Below, piece by piece: positions 26,832 to 41,899 of a stretch of DNA of 64,000 bases. The position numbers and the translations under genes were made by a program. This DNA is from Eledone cirrhosa (Eukaryota), in the NCBI GenBank assembly GCA_964016885.1, contig OZ024743.1, forward strand, positions 148,056,001 to 148,120,000, given 5' to 3'. Below the pieces are notes generated by a model. It was not told where the DNA came from and did no database searches. It saw nothing but the letters and a program-made list of their open reading frames with translations. Each line of letters starts with the position of its first letter. Position 1 is the first letter of the stretch.

Positions 26832-27095
26832 CAGTTGTCACCCGGTATACGCGGGGGTTAGGTTCGTAGAGCACCCGCGAAGAGTGAAAAACCCCGAACA
26901 TTGGACGTGGTCCATATAAATGCCTATAAGCTTCAAAATATAACGTAAAATATATATTGCTACAAAAAAAGTCATTAAATTAATTGCGGAAGATATTTAC
27001 GATTTCGCGAATATGCGGTGTTTTCCACGATTATTAGCTAGGTTTTAAGGAAAATTCTGCGAATAACCGGGACCGCGAATGCCGAGGGTACTCTG
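26832..27095. mobile_element. pogo/Tigger-like MITE
   Basis: TA flanks, imperfect TIRs CAGTTGTCACCCGGTATACGCGG / CCGCGAATGCCGAGGGTACTCTG, and internal CGCGAA motifs. Confidence 0.65.
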
Positions 27096-30019
27096 TATAT
27101 ATGAGGTGCTTCTGCAGTTTCTGTTAACGAAATTCCATTCAAAAATCCTTGAACAGCCATGTCGGTAGTAAATATCATCCGTCATTGATATGGGGTCACA
27201 TGCCACACAATGGAATATCGTTATACAAATAGAAATTATGTAATTTCACAAATTAGCCGAAGCGTTTATCCGTACACATACCACACATAGACACAGACTC
27301 ACACACGACGAACGAAGTAACGTCAACTTGCTTCGCTAAACTCCGAGTACCTAGGGAGGTATACACGAGTTTGCCATGTATCTTATATAATGTATTACAT
27401 TTATCTCTGTTTACATATTGGGGGTGCTTTCTTTAGTGATTGCTACTCCACGTTCAGGCAACAATATGTAATTTGTACTTATATTTTCTCAACATATACG
27501 AATTGACATATATGCATTGCTGTTATTCTTTTAACCAATTTATTATAGTGAGCAGACAGACACGCTTTTTTAGACTACTTCTTTCATCTCATTTGGTTAG
27601 TAATTTAATTAATACTTATACAATAATAACAACATCATCTACAACATCATCAACAGCGCCATCAACTATATTAAAAAACCAACAACTTACAAACAAACAA
27701 ATGCAAAGACAAATAACATCGCCAACAATAATAATCATCAAATGATCAAAAAAACAATCCGTTGGATTTTTCTTTAAAATAAATTTTCAACCTTCTCAGT
27801 TACATCAATCCAATCGAAATTTTCCCATTTCCGTTTTTCTTCATTTTTTTGGAGACATTTTTCTATCCTTTTTTTCTATCCCTGAAAGTTTTTTTTTTTA
27901 TATTCCTCAGATTTTGCAGAATTTTCATGAAATTTAATATTTTTATCTAGAAACAAATTTTTCTACCTTCTCCATGTGTCTTCTGATCTTGTTTTTTCAA
28001 AATTTTGTTAAATCTTTTATGATATTTATTGAAATTTATTCTAGAGATTTCTTTTGGTAAAATATATTAACAAAAAAATCATACATATCTAAAATTTTCC
28101 TTGCTATGTGTGTGGGTTCACGTTACATACTTCAATATACGAACATTTGAGGAAGATATGAATGTCATAACACCGTGTTTATTCTACACCAAATCTATTT
28201 AGTTTCATGCATGCAAAAACAGAAAATTGTTGTAATTAATACTAACTTAACACCATCCAACAATGCAAGAAAGCAAATCAAATCAATGAGGTTAACATAC
28301 TATAACTTGACAAACACGTAGTCTCACAAATGTAGTACGTTTTCCTTTAAAAGCACATTCATATGCTATTTTCTTCCAAGGTTTTAATCTTTGAAATAAT
28401 ATAATATTTATTACTCATAAATTGAACACATTGCATATTATTGCTGTGAATGTTTCTGTGGATTCCTACTCAGAGAAAGAAGCACAAACGGTTCCCAAAA
28501 CAAAATATTCACAATTTCAATATAATTTGGTTTCATTCAGCTTCGATTAGAAACACATATACGCTCTCAGTCAAATATTATTGATGTTGTTGCCGAGTCA
28601 CAAGTCAGTATTGAAAGATGTTTTAACTGTAAATAACTCGTCAGTTTTCTATTTAATGTATCCAGGACTACCTTATTAAGTGTGCTTGTACTTTTTAGGA
28701 TATCCGAGTGTGATTTGAGAATGATTTTAATGCCAATTTTAGATGGTCAAGTGATTATATAGAATATCATTCGTTCGCTTGGCTCACTGCCAAATTGGTT
28801 CTATAGCAGCCAATAAACAAAATATATCATATAGTGGTGTAGGTTTGGTATCCGTCTTGTATGCAACACACCATAGAGCATATGAATAAATTAATTCTAA
28901 AAAGAACATATTTCCAATACTGCTTTAAAATAAATTTGTTGTGATTTTCATTGAGCAAGAAGCCAGAATATTTAGTCGTCTGTATATTGATGTAAAGAGA
29001 CAGGAAAAAAAACGGGACAAGAATAACACAAACAACGAAATGATAGAAAGAGGAAGAATCAATGAAAATTATGTAATACAATATTGAACATACAGATTCA
29101 TTAATTCTATATAAGAATGTATTTCAAGTTTTATTTCCAATTTTGTGCTTCTATTCTTAGAGAGAATATGTAAGTTTATAAACAAAAGTGTAACGATTAC
29201 AAAAAGAGTTTCATCATAAGCAATATTAATGAAAGTGAGAGACCACGTGGTAAGTGTTTGAGTTTCATGATCCTAAGGCTGAGTTTCATGATCCCCGGAA
29301 GGAGAACTCTTTGTGTCCCCGAGAAAGTCACTTCTTTTTACGTTGCTCAACCTCACTCAATTGAAAGATGAACACCAGTGCGGCAGACTGGCGTTGTGTC
29401 CGAGAGGGAGTCTTGTCCAGCCAGTCGATTAACGCTATAAAAAACGCTTAACGCTATATGAAACTCAGGTATTCTATGACAAAGTAGAATTTTAACTGAC
29501 ATTGTGTATTGCTATTTCCCCTCATCTCATAATCAGTTATTGGTAGCTTTTAAATCTTATTTGCATTAAATGCAGCGTAAGCACTAACATAAGTATTGCT
29601 TTTCAGGCTGATGGCGTCTCTGAAATATTTGTTTTCTTGGCAATTTATACTCTGACTAATGTACAATATGCACTGACTGAAATACTATAATATTAGTTAA
29701 TGACCAACATTTTTTTTGCTTCTTACCACATAAGTATGTCTAGTTCACTCTTTAAAAGATTTTCGCATTAAATATATTAACACTAACATATATACTAAGC
29801 AATTTATTTAGAAAAACTTACTATATCTCTCACATCTATAGAGAAATACGTAACTAAAGGCTTTATAAATTCACCAGTTGTGGCAGTATCAATGACCTGA
29901 AGGCGTCGGTTTGTATACCCTTAGTGCTCACAGTATGTAATTCAATCATATATTGAAACAGCACAAAATTTAACCGAACCTGCGAGAAATGTGTATGTAA
30001 ATATACATATATATAGAGA

Positions 30020-30522
30020 GAGAATTAGGATTTAGCTTCATGTATAGCTGTAAACAGATATGTATTAGAATTTTGTATTTCTAAAGAAATACAGTATATT
30101 TACAGGTAAACATTTAGAAAGCCGTAGCTATACAAAACACCGGGGCTAATGCCTTCTGGTGGTGTCCAGCAGAAGCAAGGGGGATATCTGTATACAGTTA
30201 TGCATGAAGCTAAATCCTAATTCTACTCTATCATAACTTGAGCCAACTTAAGCAGCTTATTATGAAAATGAGATTTATCAACTCATTTACACAGACGAGA
30301 AAACCATATAATTCCCGCCTGTTTTCAAGTCCAGCAGTCGCAAGTGTGGGAGGGATCGTCCTGATGAGTTCCAGTTAAGTTAGAAAACATCGACGATTGT
30401 TCCGCTTGCTTCTGCTGGACACGGCCAGAGGGCGTTAGCCCCGGTGTTTTGCATAGCTACGGCTTTCTAAATGTTTACCTGTAAACATGCCGTATTTCTT
30501 TACAAATACGAAATTCTAATAC
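30020..30522. mobile_element. Retrozyme-like family B, second (diverged) fold-back copy
   Basis: Homologous to 12812-13589. ATCGTC-CTGATGA...GACGAT at ~30355-30406 has a decayed stem II/III. Confidence 0.8.
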
Positions 30523-30525
30523 ACA

Positions 30526-30566
<41 letters not shown>

Positions 30567-30597
30567 ACACACATATATATATATATACGAATGTATA

Positions 30598-31173
30598 TAT
30601 AGTGTATTTTGCAATACACTGTAGGCTTAATTAAAAGCATTTTAAAGACCTTACGCTATTGTTTTAAAGTAGTGACTATGTCACTTACTTCTTTTTTCAG
30701 CAAACAATGGGAGATAAACTGACAGATCTCTGTTTCGTACAGTTGGTACTCCTCAGAGCTTGCACTCCTTTTGTCTCCTTTTAATTATGAATGTTGGATT
30801 CTTATAGAATTCCAGTAATAATCAGGAACTGATTATACAGAACGGTTGCCGGTCCAGCAAAAATTGAAAATTAGAATTGGTGCTCTGAAATAGCGATATA
30901 TATATGAATGTATATATAATGCAATACACTGTATGCTTAATTAAAAGGAGGCAAAGGGAGTGCTAAGCTCTGAGGTGTACCAGCAGTACGAAACAGAGAT
31001 CTGTCAGCTCATCTCCATTTGTTTGGTGAAAAAAGAAGTAAGTGACATAGTCTCTACTTTAAAACAATAGCGTAAGGTCTTCAAAATGCTTTTAATTAAG
31101 CATATAGTGTATTGCAAAATACACTATATATATACATTCATATATATATTGCTATTTCAGAGCACCAAATCTA
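30598..31173. mobile_element. Retrozyme-like family A, second fold-back copy
   Basis: Homologous to 12137-12757, with a 310-nt periodicity (GCAATACACTGTA at 30611 and 30921). HHRs lie at 30717-30760 (-) and 30966-31009 (+). Confidence 0.8.
30717..30760 (-). ncRNA. Type-I hammerhead ribozyme, canonical C3-G8 core (family A)
   Basis: Reverse complement reads AGCT-CTGAGGA-GTAC caact GTAC-GAAA-CAG agat CTG-TC-AGTT. Confidence 0.88.
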
Positions 31174-31226
<53 letters not shown>

Positions 31227-32437
31227 AATTCATGTAAACCTGCAAATATGTCTTATTTACTCGTCTTTATAGATTGCAAAATGTGAGCAACATGATCCAA
31301 GTGTTGGTTATTGTTGTAACTTTCTTAACAAAAGGACGACATTGCTCGGATTCTACATAACTAAGAGCTTTATGAACCGAAATACTGATCAAGCTGCACC
31401 CATTGTATATTCTTTTATGGCGCCAGTCATTTGACAGTGCGGCACCATACATAAATATCATTCCACCAGCTGCCAAAATCTGTGGAGTATCCAAGAACAG
31501 AATTAAAATCTGAGAATCGGCATGCTGTAAACTTGTACTAGCTCTATATATTCAAATAATTACTTAGACTAGGTTACTGAATTCTTTTTAACATTGTATT
31601 TTGTATTATGAGTACATAATTACACCTACAAACATGGTGCCAATTTGTGTCTGTTTCCCTGCGTGTGTGTTTGTGTGTATCTGTGCATGAGTACAGACAT
31701 GTTTGTGGAGGCTTGTTATACGCTGGCTTATATGTGAACATATGTACGAACGTAAATGTTCATGTGTTTGTGTGTGAAGAAAGACAGAGAGAAAGAGTCA
31801 TATATAGAGGCATGAAAATAGATAGTGAAGAAGTGATAGCGAGAGACAATGCAAGAAGCCAAGATCTCTGGAGAGGTCAAATACTGCTTAGTCTTCCGGG
31901 TATTGGCAGACATAGATAGATAGGAGAGAAGGGAGCAAGAAGAACATACATAATGAGTGTTTGTAGACGGAGGGAGTGTGATAGTAGGTAGTAAGTAATG
32001 AGAGAATGATGTTGGGCATATGAAGGTAGGAAGAGGAGGAACTGAATATAGCCATAGTGGTGGAAGAGAAGGAGATGAGAGGAATAGATAATAATATGAG
32101 GATATACACTGTGGGAGATGGTAGGCGAGAATGTAGAATTATGTGCAAGGGGGTGGATTGTGAGTAGTTATGTAGAGAGGGGGGGGTGCATATGCAGACA
32201 ATATGAGATAGAGGAGCTGGTTGAATAAAGATCAGATGGCTTTGATGCTTGAAACAGATGATAAAAAAAACAAAGCACATAAAACAGGAAGAAGTGGGGA
32301 AGGGGTCAAGGAGATGGACATTGGATGAGAAGTGGGATGGTAAGTTAGGGGAAAAAAGGAAAATAGTGGAAAATATAGAATGAAATACAAGAAAGAAGGA
32401 GCGACGGAATGAAACAGAGAGAGAGAAAAAAAGAGAA

Positions 32438-32521
<84 letters not shown>

Positions 32522-32629
32522 AGGGAGAGAGAGAAAGGAGGGTTGAGGGAAAGAGTAAAATGTGAGTGAGAAGAGAAAGGAAAATTTATCGACAAAGAGA
32601 ATGATATATATTATTAGAAATAAGCACCC

Positions 32630-32660
<31 letters not shown>

Positions 32661-32736
32661 TATATACATAGTTATATTTGGGGAGGGTCATATTGTTATA
32701 ATATTGTCAGAAATAATAATTTAAAAAGAAATCACT

Positions 32737-32796
<60 letters not shown>

Positions 32797-32799
<3 letters not shown>

Positions 32800-32885
32800 A
32801 AAAAGTATGACCCGACGGCAGAACTCAAATGTACCAGTACTCTGGTGCGTTATGGTCCATTTGGTTCCTTACCACAATTCCTTTG

Positions 32886-32887
<2 letters not shown>
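32797..32887 (+). mobile_element. Very short fold-back pLTR remnant related to the main PLE
   Basis: The inverted piece AGGAAAAAGTATGACCCGACGGCAGA is joined to the tail AGTACTCTGGTGCGTTATGG..CCTTTGTT, inside (TA)n. Confidence 0.8.
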
Positions 32888-32965
<78 letters not shown>

Positions 32966-33357
32966 TCTTACGTGTGATATAGAAATGAATGAATAGGGAA
33001 TTAAATAGATGGTGAACGAAAGAGAGAAGTAAGAATGAATGTTTGAAAGGAGGGGAGAGAGAAGCAAGGAATATAGCATGTGTTTTATGTGTCTCTTTAT
33101 GTCACACAAATTAACGGTTCAGCAATAGAAATCAATATAGTATGTCCGAGACTGAAATATACATCGGGGTCGATATGATCAACAACAAAAAAAAAAAAAA
33201 AAAGAAACAAACAAAAATCCTTGGTTATAGTCTAATAATTGTAGCCTGTAAAAGGGTAAGGGAGGCAGGTTGATACACAGACATCTTGATTGACAACCAC
33301 CTAAGAGACATAACATACATAAGCAGAGAGAGAGTAGAGAGGAGAGAGAGAGAGAGT

Positions 33358-33493
<136 letters not shown>

Positions 33494-33557
33494 CAGGCAG
33501 TCAGATGGACAAAAAGACTGATAGATAAATAGATAATAGATAGATAGATAGATAGAT

Positions 33558-36192
33558 TTCTTTATTTGCCACGGGGGCGTACAAAAATGGGACATTACAA
33601 GACGTGACGGCGGGGTTTTACATGAAATATTTAACAATGATAAATAACAATAAACTATATAAAAATAAAACAATTGAAATCCACATTAGGGGGGGGGGGG
33701 GGGGTAACGCTAGCGCGGGGTTGTTTGTCGCCCCGTAGATAGAACAACCCTCAACACCAGGAACACGTTTTGTAGGTGCTCCCGTCTTCCCTCTTTATCT
33801 TCCTCAACCTACAAGTTTATATACAGAGAAGGCCCATTCACCCGGGAAATTTACTGGGGTGTAGCACCTCTCTCTCCACACTCACCTTCCTTCTGAAGTG
33901 GTACTTAAAGACGAGGATGAGTTGTTGTCCGGAGAGAAAGGTGCTTGCCCTCAGTCCTTTTAACCTCGTCCACCATATTACCTATTTCACCATAGCCACC
34001 AGACAGAGGAAGACCGCCTCTCCTTCATTCTTAATAAAGGCGGCGGGGTGATCCTTACGATGGACTCGGCTGACAACTGGATGCGCCCTACACGTGACAA
34101 TAGCTGTTCGACATATTTCCACAGGTCGGTCACCCCTGGGCACTGAACAATTGTGTGCAGAACGGTTTCGATGTCCTGCTCGCATCTTGGACAGGTCCTT
34201 TTGGCAGGATCTCTGCCAGGGCGTCTGTGCCTGTAGATTTTGTCTCGAACTGGTAGAGCTCCTCGGTAGCACTGCCAGGCCAGAGACCTCTGGAAGTTAT
34301 CCATAGGCCCTGGACGGAAAGTCCTCCCGAACAGACTGGTCAGTTCGTCTTCCTCTATGCCTAGAGTTTCTCCAAGAGCGTCGTCGCACTTATCCTCCAC
34401 TAATCCCCTATAGAATGTCGAAGTGGAGTCTCCGCTGATTGCCGTTTCCGCTTGGTAGAGAGCTGTCAGCGCCTGAAGGCACTCGAGGTGCCAGACACCC
34501 ATTTTCGGTCTTCGCTTGACCCAGGAGAGCAGCTCTGTTACTGAGACAAGTTGTGGAAGAGCTCGTCTCACAAACGACAGCCACACCGGTTCGCCGGTCA
34601 GGAACACCTGGAGATGGCGTAGCCTCAGCGCGTGTTTGCGCATCATCAGCCACGGCATTCCCAGCCCTCCGTTATAAGGGTGTTGACAGCAGATGGATCT
34701 CCTCACCAATGGAGTCTGTTTCTTCCAGAGGAACTTGAAGAGTAGGCGTTCCATTTTAGTGAGGTATTCGCGGGGACAAGGCACGACTGTCAAGCGGTAA
34801 TAGATGACGGACGATATGTAAGTGTTCGCCACCTCTGCTCGACCTTTCAATGAGAGTTTGCACCCAGCCCACTTCTGGGTGAGTGCAAACACATCGTTCC
34901 AGTTCTTGTCCACCTGGCGGTCTGGACCAAACCAGACCCCGAGCAATTTCACCGGTCCTTTTGTCCAGCGTCCAACGACACTGTCGGAAGGCATGGGTTT
35001 GCCTCTCCATGTGCCGAGTTGCAAACCGACAGACTTGTTTGGGTTTAGTCTTGTTCCTGTCAATGTTTCGTATTCCTGTAATAGGTTGCCGATTACCCCG
35101 ATGTCCGAGTTTTTTTACACCATTACGGTTATGTCGTCGGCATAGTCCGACGCTACTTTCCACAGTCCTGGTTCAATCGAGATGGCCTGCAACAGCTCCA
35201 ACTCCCGCAGTTATGGCTCGAGAGTCAGTACATACAGAATGGAGGAGAGAGGGGACCCCTCACGGATGGAACGCATGATTTGGTATGGCTCCGATAGGTA
35301 GCCATTCACCTTGACTGCCTAGCAGATGCTGGTGTGCATGGCAGCGATCCAGCCTCTGAAGACGGGACCAAAGCCGGCCGCCTTGAGAACCGCTTCCAAG
35401 TATTGATGGTCGCTCCTATCAAATGCCTTCGACTGATCTAAATTGATCAGAGCCCCACCGAAGCCAGGTTTACACCCTACCCTCTCTATGATGTATCGCA
35501 TGAGGTGGAGGTTGTCGTGTATGGACCTGGTCGGGATTGCACACGTTTGTGCTTCCCCTACCAGATTCTCGACGACAAGTGCCAGCCTCGCCGCTAACAC
35601 CTTGGCCAAAATGTTTAACTCTGTGTTGAGCAGAGTTATGGGCCTGAAATTGCTTATCTCATCCCCCTTGTTCTCATCTTTCCTGATCAGCGTTACTACG
35701 CCTCTGCCTACAGAACTGGGAATTCTCCCGTTCTGCTGCAAGTTGCAGTAGACCACTTCGAGGACGCCAGAGAACAAGCCTGGCAAGCCTATGTAAAACT
35801 CAGAGGGTAGACCTTCTAAACCGGTTGATTTGCGTTTTCCTCAGCGGCCTAGGGCATCTTCTATTTCGCCCGCTGTTATTGGCCTTTCGCAGCTCTCCGC
35901 ATCCATTTTCGAGAGTCGTGGTACGCCGTCGAGACAGGAGCTGAAATCCATCTCCTCCCTTGACGTACTGCTTTACCCGAACAGTTGTGCAAAATGCTTG
36001 AAGGCCGTGCACATCTGTTTGCATTCAAGTAGAATGCATCCGTCTTTGTCTTGCAAGGAACGAATTGTGGATCTGTTGCCACTTTTCGTCTCTGCCACTC
36101 GGGCCCAGCTAACAGCTTTGGCTCCCTCGTTTCTTAGAGCACGTGTTCTACTTCTAACAATACAATCTTCGTGTTTCACGTTGAAGAACATC
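33558..36192 (-). mobile_element. Tx1/L1-like LINE, 3' part (RT and C-terminal CCHC region), decayed
   Basis: NFRPITLLNTE..ILAKVLA, LINLDQSKAFDR, YADDITV (35143-35123), VKLLGVWFG, GGLGMP and CPRC..ETVLHTIVQC. The 3' end abuts (AGAT)n. Confidence 0.9.
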
Positions 36193-37941
36193 CACTACCA
36201 CACCACCACAGACCAGAGACAACCACACACACAAAATCCCACTGAAAAACCCTCCATTTCCTCCTCCCTCCCTATCAAATACTTCCCCAACACCTGCACA
36301 AACACTCGACCACACAACATACCCCTCCCATCTACCCCTGATTCAGAAGTCTCAGACACGGGAACCTCTACATCTCCAAGTGAGAATGAAGGGGAACCCC
36401 AAAAATCCCCAAAACAAAAAATAGACAAAAAAAAAACACAAAAACAAAAACATCTACAGAAAAAACGCACACACCCAACCCCACCATAAACATCCCGACA
36501 AACACACCAACAACACAATCACCACCAACACAACCAAACACTTCTCCAACAAAACAAACACCCACACCACCACAATCACAAATCCCAACCACAAAAAGAA
36601 AGCTACTAACAGAAACAGCACACATAAAAAACAAAACACATTACGCATACATAAAAACAACAAACAAATAATTGTCCGAAAGGACCCTACTATCCAAACG
36701 GAAGGGAAAACCTTCCCCACTAACGACCCACCACCAAACTTGAAACATTGAAAGGGACCTTCGCACCTGATGTGCCCCCACCCCCCACCCTTGCCAAAAA
36801 ACCTTAACCGTGTCCTGCTAAAGGATTCCCTCTCTCCCCAAACACCCCCAATCTGGACATGGAGATCGAAAAACCCGACCTCCAGGAAACGAAAAGGTAA
36901 GTGTTCCTGCCTTTTCTCTCCCTAACTCTTCTTCACCAACATGGTGACTATAGAAGTTGGATGTTTGAATGTACGTGGCGTGAGCATGCCTGGAAATGGG
37001 GCCAGCTTTTAAATGATCTCAGGTCACATTGTATAGATGTGATAGCCATTGCCGAATCCAGGATTCACGACAGGCAGCAGCTAACCTCCATGTTCGATGA
37101 CTTTGAGATCTACGCATCTCTCTGTCAGCCAGGAGGTGGAGGGAGAGTTGCTGTTCTGTTTCGAAAAAACTTGGATCTCAAAGCACAAACGATTCACATG
37201 CACCCAAAGGGTAGCTTGGTGGTCCTGGGCGTGAATGGTAGTGAAGGTAGAGCTTTCAGACTGGTGGCCGTATATGCCCCGACTGGGACATCGCGACCAG
37301 AGTTCTTCAAGCGTCTGGAGCCATTCCTGGGAACGTCTCGCTCCTTAGTGTTTACGGGGGACTGGAATGGCATCTTAGATGCACCTTTGGGACTATGTAG
37401 GAGCTTGTGAATATAGAGGGGGGTGTAATAGCCTCAAAAATCTCATCAGCCAATTCCAACTGGCTGATAGATATCGACTAGACTTCCCAAGTGTACCATG
37501 TGGACGTGGAGCAACCGCACTGTGTCTTCTAGATCGTATTTAGATAGATTTTTAATTAGACATAACGATAAGGAAACATTAAGCTGTCCACAAATGCACA
37601 TGGTTGCCTATTCAGACCACAAATTAGTCACCAGCGTAGTCAACCTTGATAAAACACATAGACAGGGACCAGGATAGGGAAGCTAAACAGGTCGCTTCCG
37701 GCGCGTAAGACCTACAGTAAACGGATTATCACCTTAGTTAAGTACCAGTTGACGGGGGCGATCCTCAACAACAGGTGGTGGAGCTCTCTCAAAAGAGCAA
37801 TTAGCATAGAATCGATAGCATTTAGCAAGGAAGTAGCTATAGAACAAAAAAAACGAAAAGGAACTCGTAGCTAAAGTAGAAGAGGCCTTTAGGAATGGCA
37901 GTACAGCTGACGTGCTAGCGGCGAGAAAGGCATTAGACCAG
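36193..37941 (+). mobile_element. Tx1/L1-like LINE, inverted 5' part (ORF1 tail + AP endonuclease)
   Basis: DVIAIAESR, FRLVAVYAP, FTGDWNGILD, TWSN..SRSYLDRF and YSDH motifs. It ends at ARKALDQ before (AGAT)n. Confidence 0.88.
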
Positions 37942-37943
37942 AC

Positions 37944-38028
<85 letters not shown>

Positions 38029-38036
38029 GATAGATT

Positions 38037-38068
<32 letters not shown>

Positions 38069-38114
38069 TCTTTATTTATTTTCCAATAGATAGATAGATA
38101 TATAGATAGATATA

Positions 38115-38320
38115 TTTATTTATTTGCCACAAGGGCGCACAAGAAAAGGGGACAGTATAAAGACACATGCCGGGGATTTACATACAGTCGTGTAAAAAAA
38201 ATATAAAACAAACAAACAATTATAACAATCGAAATCCCCAATAGGGGGGTGACACCACAAATGGGTTGTTTAATACGCCGTCGATAGAACAACCCTCAAC
38301 TTCAGGAGCGTGTTGTGCAG
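38115..38320 (-). mobile_element. Short 3' end of a related Tx1-like LINE in (AGAT)n
   Basis: Similar to 33558-33775 (TTTATTTGCCAC..., GATAGAACAACCCTCAAC). Confidence 0.75.
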
Positions 38321-39126
38321 ATAGATAGATACATATCTAAGTGAGTGTTTTGCTCTTAGGCATGTGACATTGGTAATATAGGGCTTTATAATGTAGAGTG
38401 ATGAAAAAGACGGTGGCGATATCCTTGTTAGTGATGGCAAAGATTATTAGTATTGTGGTGTTGGTGTGGTAGTAATGGTTGTAGTAGCGAACGTAATTTT
38501 TCTGGGGATGGTGCTAGCCATATGACGTTGTGTTTGTGAAGTTGCTGGTTAAGGTGTTAATGTTGATGTTGGTAATTATGATTGTGTTGACGTTAGTCTA
38601 CTGAATACTATGTTCAAAAGCCTTTCACACGTAGCCATCTCAGCTTTTTTAGATATCAGGAACAATAAATATCATCAAATGCATCTTATTGTTTAAGACA
38701 GCGTGGATGAGATTTGTGGGATGATTTAGTTGCTATTTCTAGCAGGCCAGTTAACCAGACAGGGGGTTCACTTGTTGGTAATAGTGGTGAATTTCTGTGG
38801 TGGTGATGGTGATCGGGAGGGAGGGGGTGATGTTGGATCAGGCGTTAGCTTTATATTATGTAATCTGAACTACACAGCCTGCCTGGGTTTCTCAAGATGA
38901 CACAACAGCAATAACACCATGAAGAACACAAATGAAACAAAAAAGAAATCTTATAGCACTATACACCCCTCTTCCACGTGTTTTTCTTCTCTTTCTATAC
39001 ACATACAAATATATATATATGTGTGTGTACATCATACATACATACACATATATATATATAGAGAGAGAAGCGGAGGTGGGGAAAAGAGAGGATATATATA
39101 TATATTTATACACACACACACACATA

Positions 39127-39171
<45 letters not shown>

Positions 39172-41376
39172 TCTCTCACATATATCTCCAGCATATGTCT
39201 TTCTTTTTCTACATCTATCTATCTCTACACTCCTCTCACTCTTTACTTTTTTCGTAACACCACCCCTGAAGTAATAAAAGAAATACAGAAAATAGAAATT
39301 GTCGACTGCTATTTATACTGTCCCTTGAATCAATAAACAGAAAAAGGGTCAGGTTATGGCAATTTAATAAGAACAACACTGTCATGCCTGCTCTGGGATA
39401 ATAGGGGCTGCGGAACTCACTTCTTGAAGTATTTAGCAGACGACAACTTTGAAATGAAAGATGGGCAGTGTAGTGTTATCTCTAGCATAGTGGAAGTATT
39501 GGTAGAAGTGATATATAATTGAATGCGTTGGTTTACTGTTCTTATCCTTCTCGTTGATAGAGATGTTAAAAGGTAAAAATACATATGGTAGCGAGTTTAG
39601 TAATTAAGAGTTTCCTTACGATTGCATACATCGCAGGATGATAATCGAATATGTGAAACTCAGGCTTGGGATGGAGTGAAATTTAAGCTGCGAATAAATG
39701 AATAAAATATTTTCCTCTTTTTCTCTCGTTAGTAAAACCAAACACATACACAGACACAAATGTATTTGTATGTATGTATGTATATATAATTGTTGAGTAA
39801 TAATTATTACTAGTGATGCTGACTTTCTCACTCAATAAATTCACATTCGATATATACAATTCTAGAATTTTATACATCATCAGATTTGTATTCGTATACT
39901 TGTGTAACACGTGTATTGCAAAAGAAAGGCTCTAAACATTATGCAAATGAACATGACCATCACTATATTTAATATTTAATAACGCTCCGGCATGTACTAT
40001 TTGTACATGTCGTTGAGCGCTTCAATTTATTTTATTTGCATCGCCACTGACCGACAAGAGTGTAGATTGCACAACCCTTTATTCAGCAAATCAACAGTCA
40101 CTTCTGCTAGCATGGTTAGCCCCGCCTCACGGGGAGAAGAAATTATAAAAATGATGATATTACTATCAATGGTAATGATACAGTTATTATTTTTGTTACT
40201 GTTTAGGAACTCCCTTATAAATTTTGTAAACCTGTTATAGCCACGCTTTTTCAAAAAAGTGGGTCACGGAAATGAACTCACCATTAATATCGGGGTCATC
40301 AATGTTGTTGTTGTCTTCATCATCAGCATCATCACTTTCATCACGTACCACAACCACCGACTGACGTTCTCTGTTGTACGTTCTTCTACCAGAAGTAGCA
40401 ACCAAATCTCTTTCAAATCACATCTTACAAGCGATGGAAACTTAGAGTTAATGCGGGACTAGATACACCCTATCATGAAAAAATAAGGGATGTTCGAGTT
40501 TGAAATGTTTTTTATTACATACTGAGGTATGCTCAGTCATAGTTAAATAAATACTAAACGACATCAACTACAGCAACAACATTAACTACAACAACAACGA
40601 GAATAACAAAAACAATAATCACTTCCAATTTTTACTTCTTTAAATATAGAAACAATTATGTATTATTCTGTAAGTTAAAACATTCCCTTCCTCAACATAG
40701 CAGAGTGGAAACCTTAATTGTTCAGTATTGTCAAGTGATCTACAAATTGGACTTCATTGAGAGTAATTTAGTTTCAATTTAGCATGTTTTTAGATGTATA
40801 CGCGCGCTCATGTGCACACACATACGTACATGCATTCACAAATACATACTACAAACACACACATATATATATATATATGAATATGTATACACATACGCGC
40901 ACACACACGTACACACACACATATATGTATATATATATATATATATATGTATGTATACATGCATATGTAATGTATATATATATATGTATGTATACATGCA
41001 TATGTAATGTATATATATATATATATATATATATGTACCTGCATATGTCAATATATTTACAAGTATATACATTATATTCAAAATTACTGTTATCATTATT
41101 ATTATTATTATTATTTTGTAAAAGGAGAGGATTTTATAGAGATACGTACACATTTCAACATAACAATGTTCTGTGGGTTTTGATTAGTCGGTTTCCCAGT
41201 GAGGGAAACTATTCTTCAGAGCATTCTTTTATTTTTTTTAAACATCTAAATCCCCAATTACTTTTACTATTACCGTTTATTGGTTCCGTGTGCTACATTT
41301 TCGTGTATCTCTATTATTATTATTAGTCATATTGCACACACACACACACATGTATATATATATATATATGAGTATG

Positions 41377-41423
<47 letters not shown>

Positions 41424-41425
41424 GA

Positions 41426-41486
<61 letters not shown>

Positions 41487-41563
41487 TGTATATATATATA
41501 TATATATATATATATGTTATGGAATACTGTTAGCTTCTCACTACAACAATTTCTATACTTTTC

Positions 41564-41727
<164 letters not shown>

Positions 41728-41822
41728 GTATGTATGCGTGTATGTACGTGTTTGTGTCTGCTCATGTTCCATTCTTTTGGCCTTTCTTGTCGTACTCAGG
41801 CAGTATACAAACTAAACAAATA

Positions 41823-41898
<76 letters not shown>

Positions 41899-41899
41899 A

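Noticed and set aside
31267-31494. 75-aa non-repetitive ORF as a possible host exon
   Set aside because: No recognisable domain, partner exons or clear splice context.
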